Source: Atractiella rhizophila (taxonomy: Eukaryota). From it: a stretch of 20,000 nt of DNA. Location of the stretch: the NCBI GenBank assembly GCA_021432655.1, contig MU271367.1, positions 61,084 to 81,083 on the forward strand, read 5' to 3'. Shown in pieces: positions 1 to 11,076 of this stretch (the first letter of the stretch is position 1; the number at the start of each line of letters is the position of its first letter). A program made the translations under genes and the position numbers. The notes beneath the pieces are model-generated. The model was not told the DNA's origin, made no database searches, and worked only from the letters and a program-made list of their open reading frames with translations.

Positions 1-1014
1 TCTTGGACCGCAGCACGTGTAGCCTGCACACGCAAAACTCAAAGCTGGATTGGGGGAGAAGCGCGAAGGCGTACCCTTTCCGCGCAACGGAGCAGCTCAA
101 GTTCTGCCGGACTCTTACGCATGCGCTGTTCGCGCACTTCTTGGGCCACAAACCTGACGGCAATTGATAGATCGTCTTCTTGGCCGGAAGATTTGGAGGC
201 TGCTTGCTCCAAGCCGTTCACGACGAAATTCCTGACATTTTCATCCGGTTGAAGTACGATTTCGATATCCTAGGAGCGAACTTGGGATGAATCGCAGGGG
301 AGACAACATTGGGAAGCAAACTAACCTTATTTCGAGAATGCTTCTTCGCCGTAGAGACGAGCCAGTCAATGAGAACATCGAAAGATAGCTCCTCATCCTT
401 CCAAGGTACAAACGTAATACTTTCGCCCTCCCCAACAGCCCATGGCAGCCTCCTCGCCCTCGACTCTTCGAAAGCAGGGGAAAGAACAACCAATTGGGAT
501 TTGCTCTCGTCCTCGAAGGAAGGGAGGACCAACGAGAGGAAGGGACGTTCGCTTAGGAACCATGATGAGGAGGTAATATTGAAATAATACAGGGTATTAG
601 GAGATGGTTCGGTGACATATACGGGAAGTCTGTAGTTCTTCTGAGCTGAGTCAACCGAAGAAGACGAACCGAAAGAAGTGCGCTGTAAAATAGAAATAAG
701 ACCGTTGCGACGAGCGACAAATTCGGAGAGAGATATGGGTTTCTGAGACGCGCAAATACTGGAAAGGTGCGAGAAGTCTGGCGTTACGATGGAATCGCTA
801 GCTCTGGGCAAGAATCGATCAAACACTGTCCAATCTATGAGTATATTGTTACGGATGCGATGTAAGAGGGGTCACCTGTTGACAGAGAGTAAAAACCGAG
901 CAGAGCGATGAAGGCCGCCTTCAAGAAGGCTACAGCTCGTGAGCTCTTGCCTGCTTGAACCCGCCCTTCGTCGCTGGGATATCGCGGATCGGTGTAGACA
1001 GGCAGTACACCCAT
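1..1014 (-). CDS. Xaa-Pro dipeptidase/aminopeptidase P-like peptidase (M24 family, creatinase-type N-terminal domain); 5' part only, continues beyond position 1
   Basis: Hand splicing: ATG 1014 (MGVLPVYTDPRY...AVAFLKAAFIALLGFYSLST), introns 835-875 and 270-325, and a further intron ending near position 24. The product has EPSPNTLYYFN..WFLSERPF, SPAFEESRARRL, DENVRNFVV and RMRKSPAELELLRCA, the R-x-x-K-S-x-x-E motif that opens the M24 catalytic domain. Confidence 0.8.
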
Positions 1015-1209
1015 TGTCTCAGATGTCTAAGATGTAGTCTAAGCCAGAGCCAGGCAGAACCCTCACCGTCGTCTGTCTTATGTCTCATGTTTATCAAACT
1101 GATTTGAAATACGAACAAGGAAAACGGCATTCGGACCGCCAGTAATCTGACAAGTCAACCAGCAACCTAGGAGACTCCCCAGATCTAGTGGATCAGCAAT
1201 TGTGCCAAC
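1015..1209. promoter_or_regulatory. Divergent promoter region, M24 peptidase / epimerase (195 bp between ATGs)
   Basis: Head-to-head start codons at 1014 (-) and 1210 (+). Confidence 0.55.
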
Positions 1210-2503
1210 ATGCCTATCAGCTCCACACCGTACACAGTCAAGCTTGAGCTTACAGGCACGAAATCATCAGTCGAAGTCGCGTTCTTAGGCGCGACTGTGG
1301 TATCTTGGAAAGTCGAGACTTCTCAGGGGGAGCTGGAGGAGAAGCTGTTTGTGAGCAGTAAAAGTAGCGTGTAAGTACTTTTCATGCAGTCAACTGGGAT
1401 CTATGCTTGTTGAGAGGAAATCTTTGAGCAAGAAAGAGCTGATTCCCACTCAGAACAGGACCAAAGGCGATTCGTGGAGGTGAGCCTTTCTTGCACGCCC
1501 ACGTCGTGGCCTCTGATCAAAATCGAAACCGAAGGAATCCCAATCTGCTGGTGAGCGCACATCCTTGTATTTGCTCGAATGCGCTAAGTCTCATTTGTCA
1601 GGCCGGTATTCGGTCCTCCTCCCAAGCCTGAACAGGATTCGGAAGGAGTCTACCAAAAACTTGCTCAACATGGCCTAGCAAGAACTGAAGTCTGGTCTCT
1701 GGACAAGGAAAAGAGTTGGGAGAACCCACAGGATGGACGTTTGGTCTTTAGTTCGTCTTGCTTCCCTCTACTGATCTGATGGTGAATTGATCGCTTTTCT
1801 ACAGCTTTACAACCATCCGATGCCGCGAAAGCACTCTTCGACCGTCCTTTCACTCTCACATACACTATTGATCTCTCTTCTTCATCCTTGACCACCAAGC
1901 TCCACGTCCTCAATCCTTCAGCTTCCTCCAATCCTCTTAAATTTCAAGCACTCCTGCACACCTACATATCCGTTCCTTCTCCTTTCAAAACCACAGTTGA
2001 ATTCACTCCTCAGACCAAAGGTTTGACTTTGTTTGACAAAGCAGCTGGTGGAGTAGAGGGTAAGGAAGATAGGGAGAAAGTAAGCTTCGACGAAGGAGTG
2101 GAGGTAGATAGAGTGTACAGAAAGGTGGAAGGAGGAGATATATTTGTCAGGTGGGAACAGCAGGAGGGCTTCCAATCCAAAGGACTCAAAGTAACGAAGA
2201 ATGGGCTTGCAGATGTGTACGTCTTCTTGCATGAAGCCCACTCGTCGTGCTCTGATGAATTTGGATTCAATGAAATAGGACCGTCTGGAACCCTTCGACC
2301 AAAGTGGGGTCCGCCATCGCAGACATGGAAGCGAATGGATGGTATGATCACTTTTTCCAATTCTTCAAGAGACAATTCTGATTGAGACTCGGATGGATAG
2401 GTTGCACTACATCTGCGTGGAACCGGGCCAGGTTTCCGACTGGGTGTCCCTCACGCCTGGCCAGAGCTGGGAAGGGACGCAAACGCTCACTGTCCTTAAC
2501 TAG
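1210..2503 (+). CDS. Glucose-6-phosphate 1-epimerase / aldose 1-epimerase family (YMR099C-like)
   Basis: The spliced product has GATVVSWK, LFVSSKS, KAIRGGIPICWPVFG, QHGLAR, FQALLHTY, EVDRVY, VWNP and YICVEPG. ATG 1210, TAG 2501-2503. Introns include 1371-1453, 1480-1534, 1551-~1601 and 2217-2278. Confidence 0.9.
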
Positions 2504-2849
2504 CCGGATTGAAAGTGGGATGGCCATGTGGGCATTCAAGGCATCGAATAATCAACCAGTGAGACCAAGTTAAGTATAAGTTGCGGAGGCAGGGTTGTAA
2601 TCTGTAGCCTTATGAAGCAAAGAAACAGAAAAATGTCAACAATTGTGTGTCATTTATTGTGGACGGGGAGAGCAGCTGAGGTGAACTTCCATGTGATAGC
2701 AGTGATTTTCCTAAGTGGTAAAGACTTAACTGGTAAAATACAGTTGGATACACAAGGTTTGATGCACAAGTAGTGATCATAGGGGATCAGGGTATTCTTT
2801 GAATCGAACTGTAACAAACCCAAAAGACTGAATAGGTCTAGACTAGCAC

Positions 2850-4403
2850 CTAGCTAGTATTCTCGGTATTCTCCCACCAAGCCTTCTTTTTCCTCTCTTC
2901 CACCTCCTCCCTCACCCTCTCGAAACTCCCTTGGAGTCCTCCATAGTCCACACCAGGCATTCCCAATCCTAACCCGTTCATGCCACTTGTGGAACTTCCG
3001 ACGCTCCGTCCCAAGTCTACGCTTTTGTTCCTTCCGTTCCCAAACCTATTAGGTGTGGCGGTGGCATTGGTCCCAAATGTAAACTGCGACGTAGACTTCT
3101 TGGGTCCAAGACCAGCAGCCGATGAGGTGGATGGACCGACGGAATGTCTTCCTGTAAAGGAGGAACCGGGTTGAAATGTAGGTGACTTAGCAAAACTCGA
3201 TGCACTGGTAGAGGAAGACAAGCGGTTAGTAGAGACTGTCATCCCGCCTCTTCCTCTCCTGGCAGATGCGTTGGTTGGCGCAGCGAAACCTGGCACCCGT
3301 CTTTCTGTCGCCTTCTGTTCAGACTTGATATGCTTCGTAGGGCTCGCTCCGATGGAGCTAGTAAAACTCGTCTCAACTCCCTCCATCAACTCATCTTCCG
3401 TCAGGTTGACAGATGGCTTCTGCTCCGTCAGGGCTTGCTTGCCGGCGTCAATGAGGCCTTTGAGACGGTCGCCAAATTCTTTAAACAACTCGTCGTCATC
3501 CTCTCCTTCATCATTTTGTAGAGGTTCAAATTGCGGCTCTGGCCCCTGGACGGAGGGCCACCAGGAGTTCGTAGAGGTGGGAGGAGGGAGCGATGGTGTG
3601 AAATTCACGTTGGATGATGAGGATGAGGGATCGAAGGCGGGGGCACGGGATGCGACCCGACGGCGAGGAGCAAAACGATGTTGCTGATCATTGCAGATTA
3701 GGAGAATCCTGGAGATAAAAGCAACACATACAGGAGATGGATGTATCTCGTGGTATGCTGGTGGAGCAGGTGATTGCGGCACCTGCTCCTCTTCTGAGTG
3801 TTGGGTTTCTTCCTTTGATTCCACTGCCTTTTGCTCTTGCTTCGGCTTCCCTCGATCCCTCCAAAGCTGGTACGCAGCGTAACCAATCTGTGCATACCAG
3901 TCTCAGCAAACCATTTGTTAACCCATGTGATAGAAAGTGCATACCGCAGTTGTGTAAAGCGCTGCCTCCAACCCCACTGAAAGCAGGGTATCAGTCAGAC
4001 CGCGCCGCTTTTTCATCGGTGGCTGCCCTTCAGCTAGTTCATCAACTTCTGTCCTCTCATTCAACGAAGTACCAGTGCCGCCGATTTCCTCGTTCCTTGA
4101 GTCCCCGTTTGCCGTCACACTGTCAAGATATGAAGACGGGGTATCGAAAGTGCCTTGCACCTTTTGACGATCTATTCCCTGAGTAGAAGTTGATGGAGAG
4201 AAGGTCGAAGATACCAAGCGAGGCGTGGGGATCGGATCGGAGGAGTACGACTGAGCGAAGTTTCGTTTCTTGCTTGCTGGAGCAAGGACACCGTGAAATG
4301 AAGTGTCACCTGAAAATGTTTCAGGCGGTGGTCTTGGGCGAGGATATCGACGTTTTGGAAGGGGAGATGACTGGAAGGTAAACGTCGAGGTGGGGTTGGA
4401 CAT
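2850..4403 (-). CDS. Uncharacterised protein, about 482 aa, mostly disordered with one central hydrophobic segment
   Basis: Exons 4403-3945, 3887-3732 and 3683-2850 join in frame across GT-AG introns 3888-3944 and 3684-3731. Splicing creates LLSVGLEAALYTTAIGYAAYQLWRDRGK. PPAY and a helix ELFKEFGDRLKGLIDAGKQAL follow. Confidence 0.75.
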
Positions 4404-4624
4404 GATCGTTTTGATATCTTGATTCTTGACAGCAATCGTTCTCAATGCGATGTGTTGTTTACAATCAGGTGACAACAAACGCGCGCCAAACACATGTTTA
4501 TTATTATCACCTTGTATTTGTGCTTGTGTGCTGATATGGGCTCGATCCCATTTATGCAGTACTGACACAAAGTGATTGCCATTGTAACACTGTAAAAATT
4601 CAGGTATCACTAGCATTTTTACAT

Positions 4625-6555
4625 TTAGGACCCAAACTCATCTCCGGATCCTTCAGGCTCGGAGAGTTGTTGTTCCTCCTCGGCATCGAAAGCGTCGAAA
4701 GGTACCCTGTAGATTCTAATGATAGTCTATTCCATCTCAACCGTCAGGACAGAGTCTTAAGAAGTAGTAGGGACGTACCTTATTAGGGTCCTTCATCAGC
4801 ACATATTTACCCTCTGGTTGCTTCAAGCAGATATCTGCCACAGTACGAACGATACCCCACCCGTTTGCGAGGTTGACGTTCATCTGTCCCGCGAAATCGC
4901 GAGCTTTGTACCATTGTGTTCCGAGGATTGTATGTCTGGAAGGATCGCGGAAGTTGGCTCTCGAAACATACCTTCACGCCAATACATTAGCATTCGCGTA
5001 GCTGTCTGAAGAGTGATGCCTACCCAATCTTCATCTGCTCCGCTCCGGCAAGGATACTCTGAACCGCCCAACGCGCAAGCTTTGAGCTATTGTTCTTCAT
5101 CTCAGTCGCCACGACAGCACCACGTTGAGAGTCAAGCTTTGTCCTCCAGTCTGGGGCTCCACCGCTTCCAACGGCTCGGGGGTCGAATTCATTTAATGCG
5201 CGAATAGTGATAAAGCTATCTTCTCCATCCGCTGCTCCCGTGCCACTACCTTTGAGGACAGCATCGACTTCCGTCCTCACGACAAGCCCCACGTCCTCGT
5301 TCTCGGTGATGCTGAGGTCAAAACGTCGATACCTGTATCCACAGGACGCGGCTGGTGCAGGCTCATCTTCTGAATAAAATGGGTTCGGATTCTCCATCTC
5401 TGTCATGCTGTCCTCCTTGACCACTTGCCAGGCGAAAGTTTGGTTGAGGTAGGTTGCCTCGAGAGAAAGAGCAGAGCTGGTATTCATGCCATCTTTATCA
5501 CTCGTTTCTGCAGGAGGTTCACCAGCATTCTCATTGACGGACCAAAAGTCGAGGGCACCACCTTCCCGCTTGTCGATGAACAGCTTCTCCCCTTCGCGTG
5601 TGAGAACAAGATCCCAAGGGTAGACGGTTCTTGTGCAGCACATGATGAGGGACAGGATAGAGTCGGTGACAAAGATCTGGCCACGGTCTTTGGAGGCGAG
5701 AGATTGTATAATGGGGTCGTCGGAAGTGGTGGGATTGTAGCGCATGCGCTCTGTTGCTTGAAGGGGACGTTCGGATTTGGTGTTGACTTTGTCGTATGTG
5801 CGGTCATACTCGTAGAGGAACCCGTGAGACGATCTTATCCAGAGAGATCATTCGCATGCACGCTCTTAAGGAAACTAAGGGTAGGACGCACATTTCTTCC
5901 GGTTCGACGGTATCGACCTCCAGCCTCAGTTTCGTCAACCTCGAAAACTCAATCTCCTCCAACATCTGCCAGTCATGACCAACCGTCACACTGCTCTCTC
6001 TCGAGCTCTTATTCTCGTAATCCTTCCATCCGAACCGCCCACCTCCTCTACCTCTACCCCTTCCTCCCATGCCTCTCCCGAATCCACCACGCTGTCCTCC
6101 ACCTCGACCACCCATAGGGCCTGATCCTCGTCCCCTTCCTCTCCCGCGTCCCAATCCAGGTGCTCCTGCAGCACCTCCACGCTTGGTTGCTCCTCTGCTG
6201 CCATCTACAAGAAGGAAAGACGACTCGTCCTCTTCGTGGTAGTACGCAAAGGTCCCAGCAGCTGCACTCCCGTATGCATCTCTCCCTTCTCTTCCATATC
6301 TTCCCTGCCTTCGCCCTCCCTGTCGCCCTTCGTTGGCAGCTGAAGTATCGGCATTCCAATCGACAACTCGTCCTAATTTGTCTGATTTAGAGTACGGGGC
6401 ATATGGGATGCTACGATCGATCATCTGTCAGTTCAGGCAGCTGCGCTTGGAGAGACTCACTCTTTGAACTTCTCTGGCGTGTCTTTTGATGGTCCCCAGA
6501 GAGGCTCAGCGCCATCAGTGTCCTGTATCGAGTCTATGAGAGCCAGCAGCGACAT
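4625..6555 (-). CDS. eIF3d: Eukaryotic translation initiation factor 3 subunit D
   Basis: PYAPYSKSDKLGRVVDW, YYHEEDESSF, an RGG-rich tract, NPTTSDDPII, YPWDLV, DWRTKLDSQRGAVVATEMKNNSSKLARW and KDPNK motifs. ATG 6555, TAA 4625-4627, several short introns (e.g. 5834-5891). Confidence 0.95.
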
Positions 6556-6696
6556 GTTGGTCTGGTGGGAAATTTTCAGTGAATGGCGATATTTGTCGCA
6601 TAACACATGCGAGATGCGTGACAGAAACAACCACGTCCGACACCAAAACCAGCATTCAGCATCACCATCTCATCTTAGATCCTGCAGCCGCAAGCA
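6556..6696. promoter_or_regulatory. Divergent promoter region, eIF3d / SEC14 (141 bp between ATGs)
   Basis: Head-to-head start codons at 6555 (-) and 6697 (+). RRPE-like TGAAAATTT on the - strand at 6570-6578. Confidence 0.6.
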
Positions 6697-7890
6697 ATGG
6701 CCCCACCAGCGAAAGATCCGATGTCTGGCCATCCAGGCCATTTGACCCCCGAACAGGAAGAGATACTCGCCAAATTCAAGGAGGAACTCAAGGCGGAGGG
6801 ATGGTATGATCCCGCCATGCATGATGACAATACCCTCCTGTACGATTTCTTCTCTTCCTCAATACACATGGGCAGCGAAGTGACGAACATGTGCAGACGG
6901 TTTTTGAGAGCGAGAAAGTTCGATCTTGCGAAATCGAAAGCAATGTTCATCGACAGCATGAAGTGGAGGAAAGAATTCAAGGTCGACGAGCTTTACGAGA
7001 ACTTCAACTATACCGAGAAGGAAAAGGTCATGGAGTGTCAGTCCTTTCCCTCTCTCTGACCTCACCTGTTCAACCTGAACTGCAGTCTACCCGAGATTGT
7101 GAGTCCGGTCTCCCGTCCTTATTTACGGCTGCCAATAGTCCTTCCTCAGCTACCACAAGACAGACAAAGTTCGTTCTCCCACCCTTTTTCCTTCCAAACT
7201 CTTAAATTTATCGCGCGAGTAGGATGGACGTCCTGTCTACATCGAGCATTTGGGCAAGATCGACCTCACCAAACTGTACAGCGTCACCACGCCTGAACGC
7301 CAGCTTCAAGCTCTAGTGGTCGAATACGAGAGATTCCTCCGTGATCGCCTACCAGCTACGTCTAAAAAGGAAGGGAGATTGATAGAGACGAGCTGCACGA
7401 TCATGGACCTGAACAATGCGGGTATCACACAGTTCTGGAAAGTCAAGAACTATGTTCAACAGGCTTCTCAGAGTACGCCTTTCTCTATTATTCCTTGGGT
7501 ATGTTCTGGATATGAACCCGCTTGCGGAACCAGTTTCCCAGAATAATTATCCCGAGACGATGGGCAAATTCTACATCATCAACTCACCATACATTTTCCA
7601 TTCGATCTGGTACGTTCACTTGCTCTTGCTAACCTTACATGTTGCTTATGCCCTCATACAGGGGCTGGATCAAACCGTGGCTAGACCCCGTCACGGTAGC
7701 GAAAATCACGATCCTCTCAACCGACTACAAGAAGACGCTGCTCGAGCAAATTCCGGAAGAGAACCTGCCCGTTTCTCTAGGAGGCACCTGTAACTGTGCT
7801 GGAGGGTGTATGTTGAGCGATGAGGGACCGTGGAAGGAAGAAGAAGCAAAGCAGAAAGCCACACCAAAGGAAACGGCGAATGAGTCGTAA
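6697..7890 (+). CDS. SEC14: Sec14 phosphatidylinositol/phosphatidylcholine transfer protein (CRAL-TRIO)
   Basis: [42 protein letters not shown] (assembled from microexons), [61 protein letters not shown]. Confidence 0.95.
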
Positions 7891-8121
7891 GGCTTGCTGA
7901 ATCGATTGATTTTCGAACGGTTTGTAGAATCTAGGTTTGGAGGTAGAGAGGACGATTTGCATGTAACATAGTTGTTCTTGGGGATGAATTGCATAGCAGT
8001 CATAATTCCTTGCTCGGTTCCTATTCTTAGCTTAACACTCAAGTCTTCTTTTTAAATCGCTTGTTTCAGGATTAGGAAATGAGATTCGCATTGCATTGCA
8101 GGCGATTTACCATCCAACAGC

Positions 8122-9109
8122 TCAGTGACTTCCCTCCCTCTGTCGCTTGATCTCACTCAGCGCATTCTTGCCAGTGAACAGGGTAAGAATCGAGGTGACA
8201 GCAAATAAAGGCGCAGCTTGGAACAGATTGAGCGAGGTCCAATAAATGAAGATCGAGGCGTCCACGGAGAAGAGGGAGAGGAGGAAAGCGGTCGTTTTAG
8301 GTGTGATCGCTTTTCGCTTCACGAGGTTGATGTTGCTCGTCTATTATTAAGTCACTGCGTCAACGTCTCGCTCGCAGCATTTTCCATGAGAAGGGATGCG
8401 TACGAGAGCAGCGAATACGGCCCAGGGAGAGAGCACGACGAGAGACCAGAAGAGAGCAGTGATGGTCCACACGCTCTTCTCGGGCTCCCTGAAGGTCCAG
8501 CTCAATTCCGGCAGGGCAGCATACTTCTCGACCTCCCACTCGGTCGGCGTGCTGTCCTTCGCTCCAGCGAGCGCAGAAGAAAGGAGGTGGTCGTCTATCT
8601 TCAACTCGGCCAGGGTCGTTGAGGAGGCTTCTGAAGAGGAGAAGGAGCCGAGGACGAGGGAGAGGCTGCAGCGACCAGAAGGGAAGCGGGAGAGAAGGGC
8701 CGACGGCGGTTTCGACAGATCCTTCGTTCGCCCAGCACCACATCAACCGTGTGACAATGAACTAAAGCAGAGGACGTACGAGGTGGTAGCGTATCTTTCC
8801 ACCTTTGCGCACCTTGAGCAGCGTGGAGTAATCGCTGCGGGAGTGTGCGTCGTGAAATATGAGCATGGCCTGATGGGGAGTGTTATCCACGGTTCCTGAG
8901 AATGACAGGGTGGATGTTCTGCTGAGCTCTAGTGTTGGTACAGTGCCAGAGGGAAGGCTAAACGTTGCACATGAGCAAACATTGACGATATAAAAATACA
9001 AAGCTCACGTGTAGTCGCGAGATGAGACGCCATCAGAGAGCGTGATCTTTGCGTTTTGAAGGTGGAAAGCGAGGGAGAAAGGGAGCAACAGCAAAAGCTG
9101 GAGTAGCAT
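8122..9109 (-). CDS. SWP1: Oligosaccharyltransferase subunit Swp1 / ribophorin II
   Basis: Signal peptide MLLQLLLLLPFSLA at ATG 9109, then TPHQAMLIF and LPELSWTFREPEK. Three C-terminal TM segments follow, including IFIYWTSLNLFQ and ending GKNALSEIKRQR. Three short introns. Confidence 0.8.
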
Positions 9110-9400
9110 CGTTGGTGGAGACGTGGTTGCGGATATACACAGATACTCTGTCGGCGGTTGCTCAAAGGAGATCCGGTAACACCCGGCTATCAGTTCCTGG
9201 TTCTGACGACATTCAACAACATCATCTCAAGAGTGTCGCCTGAGCAGCAGCCACTTTCAGTAGCCTTGTTAATAAGGGCATTGGGCGATATCGGGATTGT
9301 GTTACATCGTTATATACACAGACGTGTGAGTCTTCCGTTTGGGCATTGGGAGAGTGCAGCTTCAATACTCAATCGAGGCAATATAGACAATACAGCATTC
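9110..9400. promoter_or_regulatory. Divergent promoter region, SWP1 / PDK (291 bp)
   Basis: Head-to-head start codons at 9109 (-) and 9401 (+). Confidence 0.55.
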
Positions 9401-11076
9401 ATGGCTGCTTTCCAGCTCACTTCCTCCCTCAAGAGGAAGATAACGGACTTCGCTTCGTTTCAGCAGACGCCCATTTCCCTCAAACAGATGGTCCTCTTCG
9501 GTTCGTCTCTTCCCCTCCTGTCAGTGGTCAGCGAGAACTCTAAATGAAACGGTCATAGGCAAAAACCCTTCACCGATGACGCTTCTTCGTGCGGGACAGT
9601 TTCTGCAAGGTGACATCCTAGTTTCGCGTTTAGTAACATGGAGTTGAACATTGTTGGAAGAGGAACTGCCAATTCGGCTCGCACACCGAGTGAAGGAGCT
9701 CGACGAGCTGCCAAACAATCTCTCCGACATGCCTAGCATCAAGAAAGTACGGAATTGGTACGCACAGTCATTTGAAGTGTGTCCTTCGTTCTTCGTCTGT
9801 TTTCGTGAGCTGAAATATTGACCAGGAACTCGTCGAGTTTCCCAAACCGTCACTCTCGCCCGAGATCCAGAAAATCTTTCAGAAAGAAGAGAGCGAACCG
9901 TTGCCGACCACGACTCCCAACCCCTCTTTGCCGGACCATCTAAATTCTGGATACGTAAAGGCTGGCTCACGGCGTCCTCCGCTTTCCAGACGGTTGGTCG
10001 GTCTTGCGCCACCCTCTTTCTCATCTGCATAGCTTACGCTCGCATGGGGTTAGCTATTACGCAAGCAACGGAGAACATATTGATGCACCAGAGGTGTACG
10101 ACTACAACGAACGTCTCACAAAGTTGCTTTCGAATATTAAACGCCGACATGACGGCGTCGTGACCACGATAGCTCAGGGAATCCTAGAGTACAAGAAACT
10201 TCACAAAGATTCGTACATGGCAACCTCGATTCAACAATTTCTTGACCGCTTCTACATGTCACGAATCGGCATCCGGGTCCTCATAGGTCAACATATCGCT
10301 TTGAACCAGCTCGAGCCTCATGATAATTACGTCGGCATCATTTGCACCAAGACCAATATTTATGAGCAAGCCAAAGAGGCAGTGGACAACGCTAGCTTCA
10401 TTTGCGAGGAACATTACGGACTCTTCAAACCTCCAGAAGTTCAGTTGATCGGCCCAAGAGACCTGACCTTCATGTACGTGCCCTCACACCTCGTACGTTT
10501 TCTCCTCTTCATCTACCTCCGCTCGTTCTTCCCTTCGTCCGCAACCCAGCCGCTCATTCACGGGAACAGAACCACATGATCTTTGAGATAACCAAAAATT
10601 CACTCCGAGCAGTCGTTGAGCGCTTTGGGGCCGAAGCAGAGGCTTATCCTCCCATCAAACTCATCATCGCGGAAGGGAACGAAGACATAACTATCAAAAT
10701 CTCTGACGAAGGAGGAGGAATCCCGAGATCAGCAATCGATCTTGTATGGACCTACCTTTATTCGACAGCGGATCCTGGGGCATTAGATCAGGATTTTGGG
10801 ACGGACTTCAAAGCTCCTATGGCTGGTACGCCTTTGTTTCCTCTTTGACTTCCCTTGTTGAGGGTCGTGGTTGATGCAGGATTTGGATACGGCCTCCCTA
10901 TCGCTAGGCTGTATTCAAGATATTTCGGAGGGGACTTGCAGCTCATTTCCATGGAGGGATATGGAACAGACGTCTATCTACATCTCAGCAAATTGAGCGA
11001 GAGGTAAGCCAGGCAGTTTCTATCCTTGAGCAAATAAATGGCTGATATGTTATACAGTGGGGAACCGCTGATGTAA
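9401..11076 (+). CDS. Mitochondrial pyruvate dehydrogenase kinase / alpha-ketoacid dehydrogenase kinase
   Basis: [77 protein letters not shown] (N box), ISDEGGGIP (G1), [13 protein letters not shown] (G2), [11 protein letters not shown] 11074-11076. Confidence 0.93.

Noticed and set aside
3271..4186. + strand ORFs of 138 and 149 aa
   Set aside because: Antisense shadows of the - strand gene, with no independent evidence.
4404..4616. 71-aa N-terminal extension of ORF 3918-4616
   Set aside because: AT-rich promoter-like sequence abutting the eIF3d stop (4625), leaving no room for a promoter. ATG 4403 is the more plausible start.
5425..6117. 230-aa + strand ORF antisense to eIF3d
   Set aside because: Shadow ORF of a conserved coding region with no recognisable motifs.
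6030..6150. RGG-rich insertion in eIF3d
   Set aside because: A Gly/Arg-rich N-terminal tract is a normal feature of fungal eIF3d.
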